The position numbers and the translations under genes are program-made. A DNA stretch of 52,565 nt, the filler included, from Sphacelaria rigidula (Eukaryota), in assembly GCA_964200075.2 (NCBI GenBank). It is 2 parts of 2 records of this genome, joined end to end, with 100 filler letters (N's around TTAATTAATTAA, not from the genome) between each part and the next. Parts side by side here need not be neighbours in the genome. Positions count along the whole stretch, not along the records: positions 1 to 26,250 come from CAXNAA020000145.1; 1 more part is not named here. One strand, written 5' to 3'. Shown in pieces: positions 14,332 to 25,007 of the stretch; position 1 is the stretch's first letter, and each line of letters begins with the position of its first letter. Below the pieces are notes generated by a model. That model was given only the letters and a program-made list of their open reading frames with translations, was not told the origin of the DNA and searched no databases.

Positions 14332-17300
14332 GCTGTTGTTTGTTGCTATTGCTATTGCTATTGCTCTTCTTTTAGTTATCGTCATTGTTACTGTTGCCCG
14401 TCAGCCACAACTTTTTTCATTGTTGAATCTAAAAACGCATACCTTTTTTTTTAACTTCACGTTGACTTTCGTTCAATGTTTCATGTACTGTTCACCTCTC
14501 TTGTTTTGACATTGTGTACTCTATCGTCTATCAAGTAGACACAGCATGGACGACTTCTCTCCTCGAGAACTGCACCCCCTGTCGATTGGACAAGAGTCTC
14601 GCACGTGCCCTGCGATTGGTCCACGTCCTTTCAAGAGTAGATGTGATGTTATTGTTATTGTCACTTACTGAGGGGTCAAGTTCTGGTGGACTCATGAGCT
14701 TAGTGCTAAGTTCGCTCAGGATATTTCTGCAATTTTCATGTTTTCGCTACCTTAACTCCGCGTTGTGACATGCAAAGAAAGCAAGGTTGTGTTACGTAGG
14801 ATATGCCGGCTTAAGTTACCAATAGGGTATATATTTACACACACAGAGAAGTATGGAAGAGGTATGTAGTCGGCAAATGCCCTTTACGGACCATGCGGAT
14901 GTGTTCGGAATAGGTCCCGATACCCTATGGAACCGTGTCGGGACGTTCGGTAAACATTCCGGTATGGTTTAGTATACGAAAAAAAATGCTCACTTGCGGG
15001 TATACCCATACCGATACATAACCTCGCGAAAAAAAGTGTTTGATTGTCTTCCTCATCTCCTCCCACCGCATTTATATGTGCGTGTGTGTGTGACAGGAGG
15101 ATGTATGCAAAGCGTCTCCGGTGGGCAATTCAAAGCGGGCAAAGGTATATTTCGACACTCTGTACAAAGGATTGTGCGGGAGTCACGTGGCTGCAGCCGT
15201 CATTGCTCGAGGGGGGATCGTAGCGGACAGCAAAGATGGCTGGTTGAGAAAGGTGACTTCTTCTTCGTCTGGTAGTTCCTCCTAGGCCGCTCCTAATACA
15301 GACAAGAATAAAAATCTGGAGAAGTGCTTTTTTCGGAGCTTCTACTTCGTTTCACGCCCTAAAAGAGAGCTAGGCGGAGTTTGATGCCTTGGCATCACTT
15401 GGTCTACTAGTTGAGGTGATCCCAGGACATCTTACCGTTTTCCGGTGGCCGCAGTTTTTATTTTGGCCAAACAAGATTTTTTGTCCAAGAACGGCCAAGT
15501 CCGGAGAAAAATGGCGATTTGTTCTTGATCTGACCGTTCTTGACCGTTCTTGACCGTCCTTGGACAAAAATTCTTGCTTGGCTAAAATAAAAACCGCGAC
15601 CACCGGAAGACGGGAACATGTTCTGGAACCGACTCAACCAGTAGGGCGAGACATTCCAAGGTGTCAAATTCCGCCTAGCTCTCTTCTAGGGTGTAAAACG
15701 ACGGTAGAAGCACCAAAAAGGCACCTTCCCATATTTGTTTTCTTGTTTGGTAAGAGGAGCGGCTTCACCCGTGCCTGCCTGGTTCATGTTCTTCTATGTT
15801 CGTGTTGTGGTCTATGTGCCATGAGTTGTTGCGCGCTTCGTTGAAAAATCATGGAAGTCGCTGATGCATTCTTGAAACGGGGGGCATCTTTTTGTGTACT
15901 TCGTTCGAAAGGTTTGTGTTCTATGAAATGTGTCATTTCCCGACTTTTCCGGGTGGTGATGAAGGGACGGTTGAGAAGGAGTGCTAATGTTATTTTCCAG
16001 TCAGTCAGGTGCTTCTCGTGCCATGTTTTTTCAGAGGATTTTTTGTGTAGGTGAACACGTGAAAATGGTGGGTAGTGGTTCTTGTCATCCTTCATTTGTT
16101 TTTTCTTCTGTTTTTCTCGGTGTTCATTCGCTCGCCTTTCTCGTCTGACGTCGTAAGACATATCCATCTTTCCCCCAGTACAGTGCATGCCTGCGCGTTG
16201 GTATACTCGTAGCTAATTTGATCAGTACTCCTCCCGCGCCGCGTTCACCCGCGTCAAATTCTGTATTTTTTTGCAACCCACATCTTCACGTGTTCAACCG
16301 TGGACATCATATGCTCCCTAGAAAGAAAGAAGAAAAGTGTTCATGTTGGGGTTCAAACCCTCAAATCCGCGGCAGTCGATCTTAACGTGGTACCAATTAG
16401 ATCACCCGGGCGCGGCGCCTTATGTACATACAAACATATATACACATTTTTGGAAGTCGATCTTCACGTGCACCAATTGGATTGCCGGGGCGCCGCGCCT
16501 CATGTACACGTGTATATCTTCATGAACACATGATTTGTTTTCGTTTTTTTTTTTTTCACTTGGATTCGGTGCACGGTATATGGGCATCGTGCATGTCCTC
16601 GAGTTTGTTTTACCCTCGAACGCTCGCCGTTTTACGCTTTCGCTTTGCTTTGCTTTGCTCTGCTTTTTGCCGTCTGATGTCCTTTGTGTCATGCTCCGTT
16701 GAGGGCAGGCAACTGCGCTACTGAGAATCATCGCTACGGTGTGTCCTATAGTCAAGAGAGGGGTAGGGCTGCTCGGAAGGGCGTTGCAACTGGCTGATCG
16801 TGGTCACATGGCGGACTATTTGGAGGAGGTAGTTATATATACAAATTCATTCAAGTGGTACAGATGAACCTTTGACCGCAAGGGTAGCTTATGTGGCAAA
16901 ACAGTAATTATTAAAGATAAATTGATGCTGACTCAACAAATGACCTGTGCTCGCCATCAAAGGGTTAACCCTTAGACTGCGAGGGTAGTCCATCTGGATC
17001 ATGCATGGTTTTTCAGGTGAGTTACATGCCTATTCAACGGATGACCTACTCTGTCGCTGTCGAAGGGTGTAAGACACCATTCGGTTCACCGGCTGGAAGC
17101 GACAGTTACTAAACTGCCACGCCAAACCGCAACTAATTTATCGTCTCTGCACCCTTTCAACAACTATGTTTTGGTTTTGGTTTTTGATGTTTTATCTCAC
17201 CGCGTTTTCTTTGGATATTCTATTACGCATCGTGTGCACATATTATTTACCAGCTGGGCCAGCAGTGAATCCCGCATTTGCATGTCACACCATAACTTAT

Positions 17301-20300
17301 GAAGTTCACCAAATCACCCCTACTTGAGTATATTGCTGTGACCTGCAGACCAACGTGGTAACGCACGGGACCGCCGCTGAATGAAGAACATGTAAAAAAT
17401 ATACTGCATCGTGTATCACGTAACCGACAGAACAAAAGAATGGAATCCGTGGGAGTCGAACTCCTGTCCTCCTTAACTGGAGTCAACTGCATCACTTGGA
17501 CTGAAGGAGCGCAGCCGTGCCCTACGAAAAGTCGGATGCTGCGCCAAATTTATGGAATTTTTGGCCGAATTTGTACCAGGATCTTCTCCACACAAGGACG
17601 CACAACTACACGAGGGATGCCCCCGTATTTATTTATTTTCACGGAGGTACAGCATTTTTCTAGTTTTTGCAGAAGCTTCAAATCGCTCTAACTTTTTTTT
17701 TTTCTCCTTGGCATTCCCGGAAAGGTTGTGCTCAGTAATGATAACAAGGGCAATAGCCTAGAAAAGGTATACATTCTCGTATTTTGCCGAAGAAAGGTAC
17801 GAAAAATGACCAGAAGCGCGAAAAAAAGCAAAACACACAATCTACACCGATTCCGCTCCGAAGTTTTCACGCACAGCAATAAGGAGGCTCCTCAGTACCC
17901 GGGCCTCGAAACAATCCCGAAAAAAGCATGTTACTCGCGAGATGTGGCCATGCGCAGAAGGACGTCTCGCCTCCAGAAACCACGTGCCATTTCTAGGCCA
18001 CATTTCAGCCAGGTATACCTGATCTAGTACTTATTTTTCGTTAGTACCTTATCTGGGCCCCCAGTCGGCCCAGAAAGTACTTGCCCGGGGCCATCGCTTC
18101 CCACACTGCACCTGATGCGACACACTGCGCGCAAGGGAATCTACGCGCCAACTCCAACCATGGCGTCCACACATTCGGCTTTTTTCGCGCCCATTCGCCG
18201 TTCACGCACGCCACAACGACCACATGTAACTAACCCTAACGCCACAACCATAAGCCCTTTTGAGGCCGGGCCTCCAGAACGACCGATGAGGCTGGTTAGG
18301 AATGACGTGCCTGGGTCTGCACGAAACATTGGCGTGTCGCTGGAAATCCGCGTATGTAATCGCAGGGTTATGACGAAGACCGAAAGTTTCATCCAATCTG
18401 TTTTCAGGTGCAGGGTGCGCATGAGGTAGTGTACATCTGATGTCGCAAGCAGTATGGGTCGCGGTAGAGAGCCTCCAACATGATGCGGCGACCGGCGGGT
18501 CGCCTGCCACTTGTGGCTTTGGATTATACTATTATCCCCATCACCTTGCCACACAGCCCTTTGTGGTCGGGGTGGGCCGCCATGTCCCCCCTTTTGGCAT
18601 GCGGCATTTTCTCTTCGAAGGGTATCAGCGTTTCGGCGCGCATGCATACCACAGTATAGTATAGTACAGTGCAGTACGCCTCTCCGACTGCAGCAGCAGC
18701 TGCCGCTGCATATTCCCTGGCACGTTCTGGGCAATTCTCAGGTACCGAGATCAACTGTCTATATACCGCTTCTTCATCCCCGCCCACTACATACATGTTG
18801 AGTGCATACTGCAAGTCATCGGCAGAAGGATGATCAGAATTTATGACGGTAGCTCCTTTTGTCTTTCCACGGCCGACCTGGGTTTAGTGCCTCGTGAAAA
18901 TGACGACGACATGGTAGCATGTACACTCCTTCCCGTTTTTCTCCGCTCCACCCTTTGTTAGTGTAATTACTACGTCCTAGTATAGAATTGTGACCCAATA
19001 AACACTCCTGAAAAACTCGGGAACGCTATACTAAGTGCAAGTGATACCATAAAATCAAGTTCCGACCGTACTGCACTTGGAAACCTGGGAAGGCTTATGT
19101 GGGCCCGGGATAGGGCTCCCACACGACATTTGCAGTGGCATCACACTCGACAACATCCCCAACGCTGGTCGTTCGGGTCTGGTCGATAAATTTCGCCTCG
19201 CCGTGATTGGGCAAGTAAACCTGGCCGAAATGTGGCCTAGAAAGGGCACGTGGTTTCTGGAGGCGAGACGTCCTTACGCGCATGACCATATCTCGCGAGT
19301 AACATGTTTTTTTCTGGATTATTTTCGAGGCCCGGGTGCCGAGGAGCGCCTTCATTGCTATGCGTGAAAAAGTCGGAGCGGAATCGGTGTAGATTGTGTG
19401 TTTTGCTGTTTTCGCGTGTCTGGTCATTTTTCGTACCTTTCTCGGGCAAAATACGAGAAGGTATACCTTTTCTAGGAAATTGCCCCAGTAAAAGTGTCGT
19501 GTCAGAATTTCAGCGCCCAACGCTTCGGATCACCCATCGCCCGGCCCGGATACATTCGCAAATCACTGTCAGCTGGCCCAGCTCGTAGTAGTCGGGATTA
19601 CAAGGCCATACAGCGTGACGCGAAGAAAAAGTCAAACGTTTCACACACGTCGGATAGCTCATGAGCTACATAAAAATAACCAATCGAAGCGGACTCTCAT
19701 GTCCAATGCTTAGGAACACAAATTACGTGACAGCTGGGTCCGTGAAGCCAAATCGCTACCTCTGTGGTACTCCGCGTGTTCATCCTCCAGCGCTGTACCG
19801 TAGGGAACAAATGTGGAAAAAGGGGCCAAGTTATCTAGCTCCTGATCCGGATCAGTACATCATTGACAAGTAATGTTCAGGTACTGTAGCCCATGTGAGC
19901 TGTCCGATTTTTGTTTTTCCTCGACGGAAGGGGTATATCCAAGCCAACACTTACCTCGTGAAGCGAGTCCGTGTGCCGATTACTCGGCGGCTCGGCTAGA
20001 CTGCCTCGCGGGAGTCATGTGAGAGAGACACCTCGAGCGTTCGCAGGCTTTGCTCAAGGCAGTGTGGGGGTGCTCCCACTAAAACCCCCTATCAACTCGG
20101 CGCAGTACACGCGCCGGCATGCTCTGATGAGGTTCGGCCCGAGGAGCTGTCCGACTTGCGAAACGTTCGAGCGGACACGTATTGGCTGTGCAGTTATACA
20201 CAAGTGCGTTACGGAATAGTTTCGCCCCCGTGTCCCGCTGGTGATGCTGGATTATGGTTCATCATTTATAATGGTTTGGTCAGGCATTTTTCTATTCAAG

Positions 20301-23300
20301 TCCGACCGAGTCTAATGCCCCCTGAATTTTGTTGCTCCGATGTATCAGTTGGTAACCTCGAAACCTTCTGACGGTTGAGGTGTGGGTTCGAAACACGGTG
20401 GAGTCACATGATCTCGTTTTCTATTTCCTCACACTATGCCCAACGGTGGAGAGCGACTATGACGTGGGTTCACGAAGGTCGGGTTCATGGTCGACGAGGG
20501 AAAGAGATCGCTGAACCTCCTTTCGGGATGAAAAGATAAGGCGAGCACCGCATAAGGTGGAGTACTGAAACAAAAAAAATGGGAAAAAATAGCTTCTGTG
20601 TTGACCTTCCTCCTGTGTGACCCCGACTGATGCGCCCACATGTACCGAAAGGTGTAGACTGGTGTCCAGAATAAATGGGAAGACAGCACACACAACACGC
20701 ACAAGCATAGTATCTCATTCCCGCCCTCGGAAGCATGAGGACGTGAGGGGCAAACGAACAAGTGATTTTCGCAGGCAAAGCCGTAGTTCTACGGACTAAA
20801 GACTGTAGCGTCGGAACAGAAAATAAAAACAAAAAACAAGATGGAAACACGGAAAAGTAACGGCGAGGGGATTCGATCCGCGCACATACCCCTTTGAGCG
20901 GATTCATAGTGCGGCTCCTGCTACGGATTTACAGCGTAATTTGTGGCGAAATTTCTCACGGATGTCAAACCGCGTTTTTTTTCCTTCTTCAGGTGGCTCC
21001 TGAGTGGGGAACGAGGAAGACGACGTAAAATTGCACCGCGATCAACACGCTGGTTCGATTCCTCTTGTCAGCATCTTTTTTTATCTTCCCCGGTCTAGTG
21101 GTTAGGGCGTTGCTCTTTCACGGCAGAAACACGAGTTCAACTCTCGTGAGGAAGATTAATAGCTAACCTTGATGTTTAATTCCTTATATTGTTTTAGTAA
21201 ATATTCCTTTTTTCAATCTCTATTTGTTTTACTTTTTTCATCTCAGAGCAAGCAAAGAAAGAAGAACGCGATTTCCTCCGTGTAAATCCCTGCATTTTGT
21301 TTTTTTTCAACGAGAATCGACTTTTGTGCGGGCGAGTGAGTCATGATCCAAATGTGCAATTTGATACCAAAGCGTAAGGCGTGTGCTGCGCGATGCAGAA
21401 GTTGATTCCTGGAGACCACAGACCCATCCTAAGGAAGGGGAGGGGTTCAAAGTGTGAAGAAAAACAAGAATGAAGAACAGTGGGGGTGCCGGACTGCTGA
21501 TGTGATGCTTCAGTGTATAATACAAATGCAGTTCAGTACCGAGGAGGAGATGGGTTGCTCCTTTCTGACATTGGACTCGTCCCGAGGAGGGGGGAACGGG
21601 GGTGGAGTTGGACGTTCGACGACAAACAACCCCTGAAACGCTTGAGGAGGACGGGAGGGGGGGGATGAACGGGCTACTCTCGTATGGCGAGACTTCATTT
21701 TGGATGATATGTTTCAAAAGTGATTAGATTTTCATTGTTTGACCTGCATTTTACTTGATTCTGTCTGTGTCTTCAATTTCATGCAGCGCTACGATACGTA
21801 CTCATTTATTTCAACTTAAACTTTGGATTCATCCTTGATTCCATTTTTTTGTTTTTTCCCCCGAAGTGCTCTCTTCCTGACCATAGCGTTACCGTACTGG
21901 ATGGGCTTTCACAGATTCATTCCCATGTTCTCGTGATGAAACAGGTGGCGAGGACTTCCCAGCAACCCAAGAGAGTCAGCTATGTTGTGGCGCAAACTGC
22001 TCGTCGACTCGTGGAGGCGGGAAGGCACAATACCAGTGAGTTAGTCGAGAATCTCCGGTGACTCCACCGCTACACCATGCATGTTTTAAATGTTTTGTTC
22101 AGAAACGTCCCCGGTACATTCCTTCGATATGTAGGTCGGTAGGTAGAGAGGTATGCATGTAGGTGCGTGAATGTGTGTTTGTATTTCGTATCATGTATTT
22201 TGTATAATCTATTTTGTATTATGCATGCGTATTTAGTTCTGTTTTGTTGTGTTTTGGGTGCAACCATCCCATCCGTCTCGTCATTATCCATGTTCACGCA
22301 TGACAAGATCGACTTTTTCATTCGGGTCGTTACCAGTGCCATTTATAGTTGTTCGTGTTTCTACACGCACGCACGGACGAACGAACGAGCCCATGGAATG
22401 TTGGTAACGGCCGTCTTTTTACGACTGAGTTGTTCGTCAACAATAAGTTACATTTTTTCGCCGATTCTGTTTTTACTTGACGGCTTAATTGTCGTGTCTC
22501 TCCCGTTGAAGCGCCACTAAGCTTCTTCTGATCTTCCGAGCACTACGCTATCGCCCTCATGGAGAGAAAGTGGGTAACAAAAAAAACAAGGCTGATATTT
22601 TGAAAATTTCAACAACTCTTCAGGCTGGGGCACTGCCTTCAACTTGAGAAAAGTTGACCCCTTCCTCTGTCCGTCGTGTCTAGAGACATCAAGGCCGCTT
22701 GCGTAGAAAGGGTGCGTGGTGGTGTCCCGGCTAGCATAAAAGGAGAAAGCCAGGCTAAACCTGTTTTCTGGTTTCTGTTCAGGGGGCTCTGATACTGTAT
22801 GAAGATCCTGAAAATAAATCGGACTTTGAACCCTTTCTTGTTTAAATCGAAAATGCGGGATCAAAAATTCGCCAAGAAAAATGGACGGGAAAAGTCGCCA
22901 AATCAGACTGAGTCGAATACAAAAGGGACGACAATACAAAGCAAAAACGACAGGAGGGAAGACAGAAATAGAATAGAAAAAAAATGAAGATCGTGATACT
23001 ATACTGAGTATGCTTGCTTATCTTCATCCCTGCCCCACCGCTCTTCATGATGCAATGGATCGGTTCTAGGCGAGAGTTCGCTGGACGCCTTGCAGGCCAT
23101 GGAAAAGACTTCCAGCGAATGGCTTCCGGCGTGGCTGCTCGAAGAGGCTCAAGGAGAGACGCTCAGGGCGACGCCAGAGTCGAGCAGTGAGTTAAATTTT
23201 TCACACCATGGACAATAGATCCTAGTGACAAAAAAAAAGTACTGCGTACAGCATGGAATCTATTGTCTGTTGCAATAGGCGCAATAGTCGATACTGTACG

Positions 23301-24966
23301 CAGTATACCTTTCGACTGTGTATTCCATTGTCCGGGGTATGTTATTTTTGCGTTTTTACTGTCGCTTTTTCGTGCAGTTCGTTGTTTCACGTTGTTGTAA
23401 CGTCATTCTCCGGTGTAGCAGTCGGTGTCGATCCTCCTGTGAGGGATTTTTCGACAGGTGTGTGCGCGATGGAAAAAGAAGTGACGAAAGTCGACAATTT
23501 GACACGTCGAACAGCTCATCAGCGACGTACCCCAGATTCGTTCTTCGAAAGCGCAAAATACGTGATCGTCAGGTCCGAGAAATCACAGCACTACCTTTGC
23601 GACCCTCCGCGTGCTCAACGCGTTAAGGAGCAACTATGGGAAAAAAAGGGGGACAAATGAGCGAGGTCATGGTCCGGATCAGTACACTAACAAGAAGTGA
23701 TATTTTAGTTTTCTTATGGGGTGCCCGACGTGTAAATAATCTGCAGAAAGTTTGAGATTGTACATATTTTCAACAAAGTGCTTTGCGTCCTAGGTATGTT
23801 CATTTGTTTTCGCTTCATTTGTATGTTGCCATGTGAAAACACTGTTGATGTTCTGAAATTCATCCTTAACCGTGACCGGCAGGGTAAGTCATCTGGATCT
23901 TAAAGTCATTATTCAAGCGAAGATGATGCCGACTCAACAGATGACCAGCCTTGGCGGTCAGAGGCTTCACATATACATACATATATATTACTGTGAAGGC
24001 GATGCCAACACCACTCTGAGAGTCGTTCTCCGTTTATTACCCTCGGTCCCTCTCACCAATATTCCTCTCAACTCCCACACAGATAATCTTAATACGCATT
24101 CTGTCCCGTACAGGTGGAGTCCCATGTCGATCGCCCCGGTGGCTCAGTTGGTAACCTCGAAACCTTTTGACGATCGGGTCGTGGGTTCAAATCTCGGAGC
24201 GATCTGGGATTTTTCTCAGACAACCCTTCACAGTGGAGAGTGACCATGTCGTGGGTACACAAATTCGACTTGATGGTCGACGAGAGAAATGGACTGCTGA
24301 ACCCCTCTCGCGATAAAAAATAAAGGCAAGCACCGTAGATGGAAGGTGGAGAACTGAAACAAACAAAAAAATATAGAAAAAACTCCTGTGACGGCCCTCC
24401 TACCGTGTGAGGCGGGGTGGTGCGCCTACGTATACGGAAAGGTGAAGACCGGCGTCTAGAATAGATGGGACGACAACACACACACACACACACACACAAG
24501 CTGTGGTGTCTCATGATGCACCTTTACGCGGTCAGGTTTGCCTTCTCTCGCCGCTACCGCCAGTCAGCATATATCTTTCAGCATAGGGGCGTTAGTCGAC
24601 GAACCCTGATACATATTTTTACGTGTCACCCGCGAGACTTAACGCCCCTTCACCTCAGGATAATCATAGGTTGAAATGGAGCTTGGTGTACGGTGACAAC
24701 GATGTGCGTTCGAAAAAGATTCCGGCGGTTGATGCCGTCATACAAGTAAAACATTCGAATAGCGTGTTGGTGTGTTTTGGGCAGCGAATTGTTTTTTCTT
24801 GCGGGGCTGGCACATTTCGAACGGGATCGATCGGTGTTGTTTGCATTTCTTTGCCCCGGCTGTGTAGGTATGCGAGGTCAAAGACCTCGTGACTGTGGCA
24901 TACAAAATCATGAGTACCCCCCGCGCCCGCCGCTCCCGTAGACGAATCCGCAGTCTCAAGGGATGA
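178..24966 (+). CDS. Uncharacterised multi-exon protein, 5' end probably outside the window; about 823 aa, disordered S/R/G-rich N-terminal part then Leu-rich helical-looking region
   Basis: GT-AG exons with matching phases throughout: 178-383, 2685-2817, 3702-3904, 8160-8364, 12260-12397, 13726-13866, 14094-14214, 14545-14636, 15097-15252, 16709-16828, 17507-17646, 19964-20131, 20993-21024, 21247-21281, 21945-22057, 22512-22573, 23070-23186, 23999-24113, 24670-24745, 24868-24966 (TGA). Sample translation: ...NLEQ|VALNTRS...SKMPE|LSDLLRTEERVISPLVTILG...; terminal VCEVKDLVTVAYKIMSTPRARRSRRRIRSLKG*. Short exons are less certain; a possible extra exon lies at 5699-5737. No family recognised. Confidence 0.7.
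893..1153. mobile_element. MITE-like element with imperfect terminal inverted repeats
   Basis: CTGTCACCCCCCTGAAAAGCCCGT (about 918-941) is inverted relative to ACGGCATTTCAGGGGGGTGACGGCAG (about 1105-1129). Ends approximate. Confidence 0.55.
1861..2235 (-). mobile_element. tRNA-derived SINE family A, near full-length copy
   Basis: Reverse complement starts GGTCGCCCCGGTGGCTCGGTTGATAACC (A box) ... GGTTCAAATC (B box); body shared with four other copies; CA-rich tail. Confidence 0.75.
3944..3987. repeat. (AGT)n microsatellite
   Basis: Read directly. Confidence 0.95.
4768..5052 (+). mobile_element. SINE family A copy, 3'-truncated
   Basis: GGTGGCTTAGTTGGTAACCTCGAAA...GGTTCGAATCTCGG head plus shared body (GGTCGACGAGGGAAAGGGACTGCTGAA). 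Confidence 0.7.
5449..5545. mobile_element. piggyBac-type MITE (about 97 bp)
   Basis: TGAA|CCCTTAGACCGCGA...TCGCGGTCTAAGGG|TTAA. Confidence 0.7.
6096..6858. mobile_element. PIF/Harbinger-type non-autonomous element with about 205-bp TIRs
   Basis: TAA|GGCCGCTGCTT...AAGCAGCGGCC|TAA; 6096-6301 is the inverted complement of about 6648-6858; 3-bp TAA target duplication. Confidence 0.8.
8983..9177. repeat. 39-bp tandem repeat x5
   Basis: Units such as ACTTTTGACTCTGTCGGAGAAATCGATAATCCGACCGAA; plus frame reads xFDxVxEIDxPxE. Confidence 0.9.
9758..10356. mobile_element. Tc1/mariner (Stowaway-like) MITE
   Basis: TA|CTTCCTCTGTGCCATAAGTAAAGGTCCTTATG...CATAAGGACCTTTATTTATGGCACAGAGGAAG|TA: 32-bp TIR with one mismatch, TA target duplication. 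Confidence 0.82.
10505..10674. mobile_element. hAT-type palindromic MITE
   Basis: Perfect 8-bp target duplication GACTTCAT (10497-10504, 10675-10682); TIR CACACCTTGGACAATATA / TATATTGTCCAGGGTGTG; the element is almost entirely a hairpin. Confidence 0.82.
11187..11393. mobile_element. Two adjacent piggyBac-type MITEs
   Basis: TTAA|CCCTTAGACCGCG...CTAGGGG (11187-11287) followed by a diverged relative CCTTTGACCG...GAAGGGG|TTAG. Confidence 0.6.
12780..13072. mobile_element. MITE-like dispersed repeat; other copies at about 7728-7983 and 3461-3590 (reverse)
   Basis: About 60-bp imperfect TIRs; shared core CAATTACCAAGCGC...ATGTGTTCGGCGAGTCGCATG. Confidence 0.65.
13956..14038. repeat. 23-bp minisatellite x3.6
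   Basis: CTCGCATACGGATATTCATGATC / CTCACATGCGGATATTTGTGGCA / CTCGCATAAGGACATTCGTGACA / CTCGCATACGGATC. Confidence 0.85.
14271..14341. repeat. (GTT)n microsatellite
   Basis: Read directly. Confidence 0.95.
14885..14974. repeat. About 90-bp imperfect hairpin, possible mini-MITE
   Basis: TACGGACCATGCGGATGTGTTCGGAATAGGTCCCGATAC pairs imperfectly with GTGTCGGGACGTTCGGTAAACATTCCGGTATGGTTTAGTA. Confidence 0.5.
15285..15764. mobile_element. Related PIF/Harbinger-type MITE, nearly all inverted repeat
   Basis: GGCCGCTCC...GGAGCGGCT ends; arms homologous to the 6096-6858 TIRs (GAGAGCTA...GGCGGA, CATTCCAAGGTGTC). Confidence 0.72.
16869..17067. mobile_element. Two tandem piggyBac-type MITEs sharing a TTAA
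   Basis: CCTTTGACCGC...TCAAAGGG|TTAA (16965-16968)|CCCTTAGACTGCG...CGAAGGG. Further diverged copies at about 23870-23965 and 36815-36913. Confidence 0.68.
17748..19485. mobile_element. About 1.7-kb element with about 270-bp TIRs and decayed coding-like cargo
   Basis: 17748-18020 is the inverted complement of about 19213-19485 (GGGCAATAGCCTAGAAAAGGTATAC... / ...GTATACCTTTTCTAGGAAATTGCCC). No clean target duplication. Confidence 0.75.
19610..19875 (+). repeat. Dispersed repeat, second copy at about 23465-23700
   Basis: Shared blocks CACGTCG..AGCTCAT, GGTCCG..CTACCT.TG...CTCCGCGTG, GAAAAAGGGG, TCCGGATCAGTACA. Confidence 0.5.
20345..20706 (+). mobile_element. SINE family A copy
   Basis: TCAGTTGGTAACCTCGAAACCTTCTGACGG...GGTTCGAAAC head, shared body, CACACAACACGCACAAGC tail. 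Confidence 0.72.
21084..21155 (+). tRNA. trnE: tRNA-Glu(TTC)-like gene, organelle-like, probably a pseudogene/NUMT
   Basis: TCTTCCC CG GTCTAGTGGTTAGGGC G TTGCT CT-TTC-AC GGCAG AAAC ACGAG TTCAACT CTCGT GAGGAAGA: perfect T stem, TTC anticodon, imperfect acceptor stem and no U8. Preceded by the 3' end of another tRNA (GGTTCGATTCCTCTTGTCAGCA, 21052-21073). Confidence 0.75.
23202..23341. mobile_element. Diverged relative of the hAT-type MITE
   Basis: CACACCATGGACAATA...ATTGTCCGGGGTATG; imperfect 8-bp flanks AAATTTTT / TTATTTTT. Confidence 0.6.
24129..24501 (+). mobile_element. SINE family A copy, full length
   Basis: GATCGCCCCGGTGGCTCAGTTGGTAACC...GGTTCAAATCTCGGAGCGATC head, shared body, (CA)n-AGC tail. 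Confidence 0.75.
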
Positions 24967-25007
24967 AAGCCTTCCACCTGTACGGTACTCACCTTTCACT
25001 GCTTGTA

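Noticed and set aside
14545..14640. Terminal-exon reading HGRLLSS...FQE*
   Set aside because: A phase-1 reading via exon 14094-14214 continues through 12 more compatible exons.
18041..18430. Fanzor/TnpB in the long-TIR element (DPG and CxxCG motifs)
   Set aside because: Motif spacing is far too short, and no RuvC-II E or RuvC-III DxNA motif is visible; retained only as an HMM test.
23458..23572. Possible extra exon of the unknown gene
   Set aside because: Homologous to the dispersed repeat at about 19610-19875 and not needed for phase continuity.
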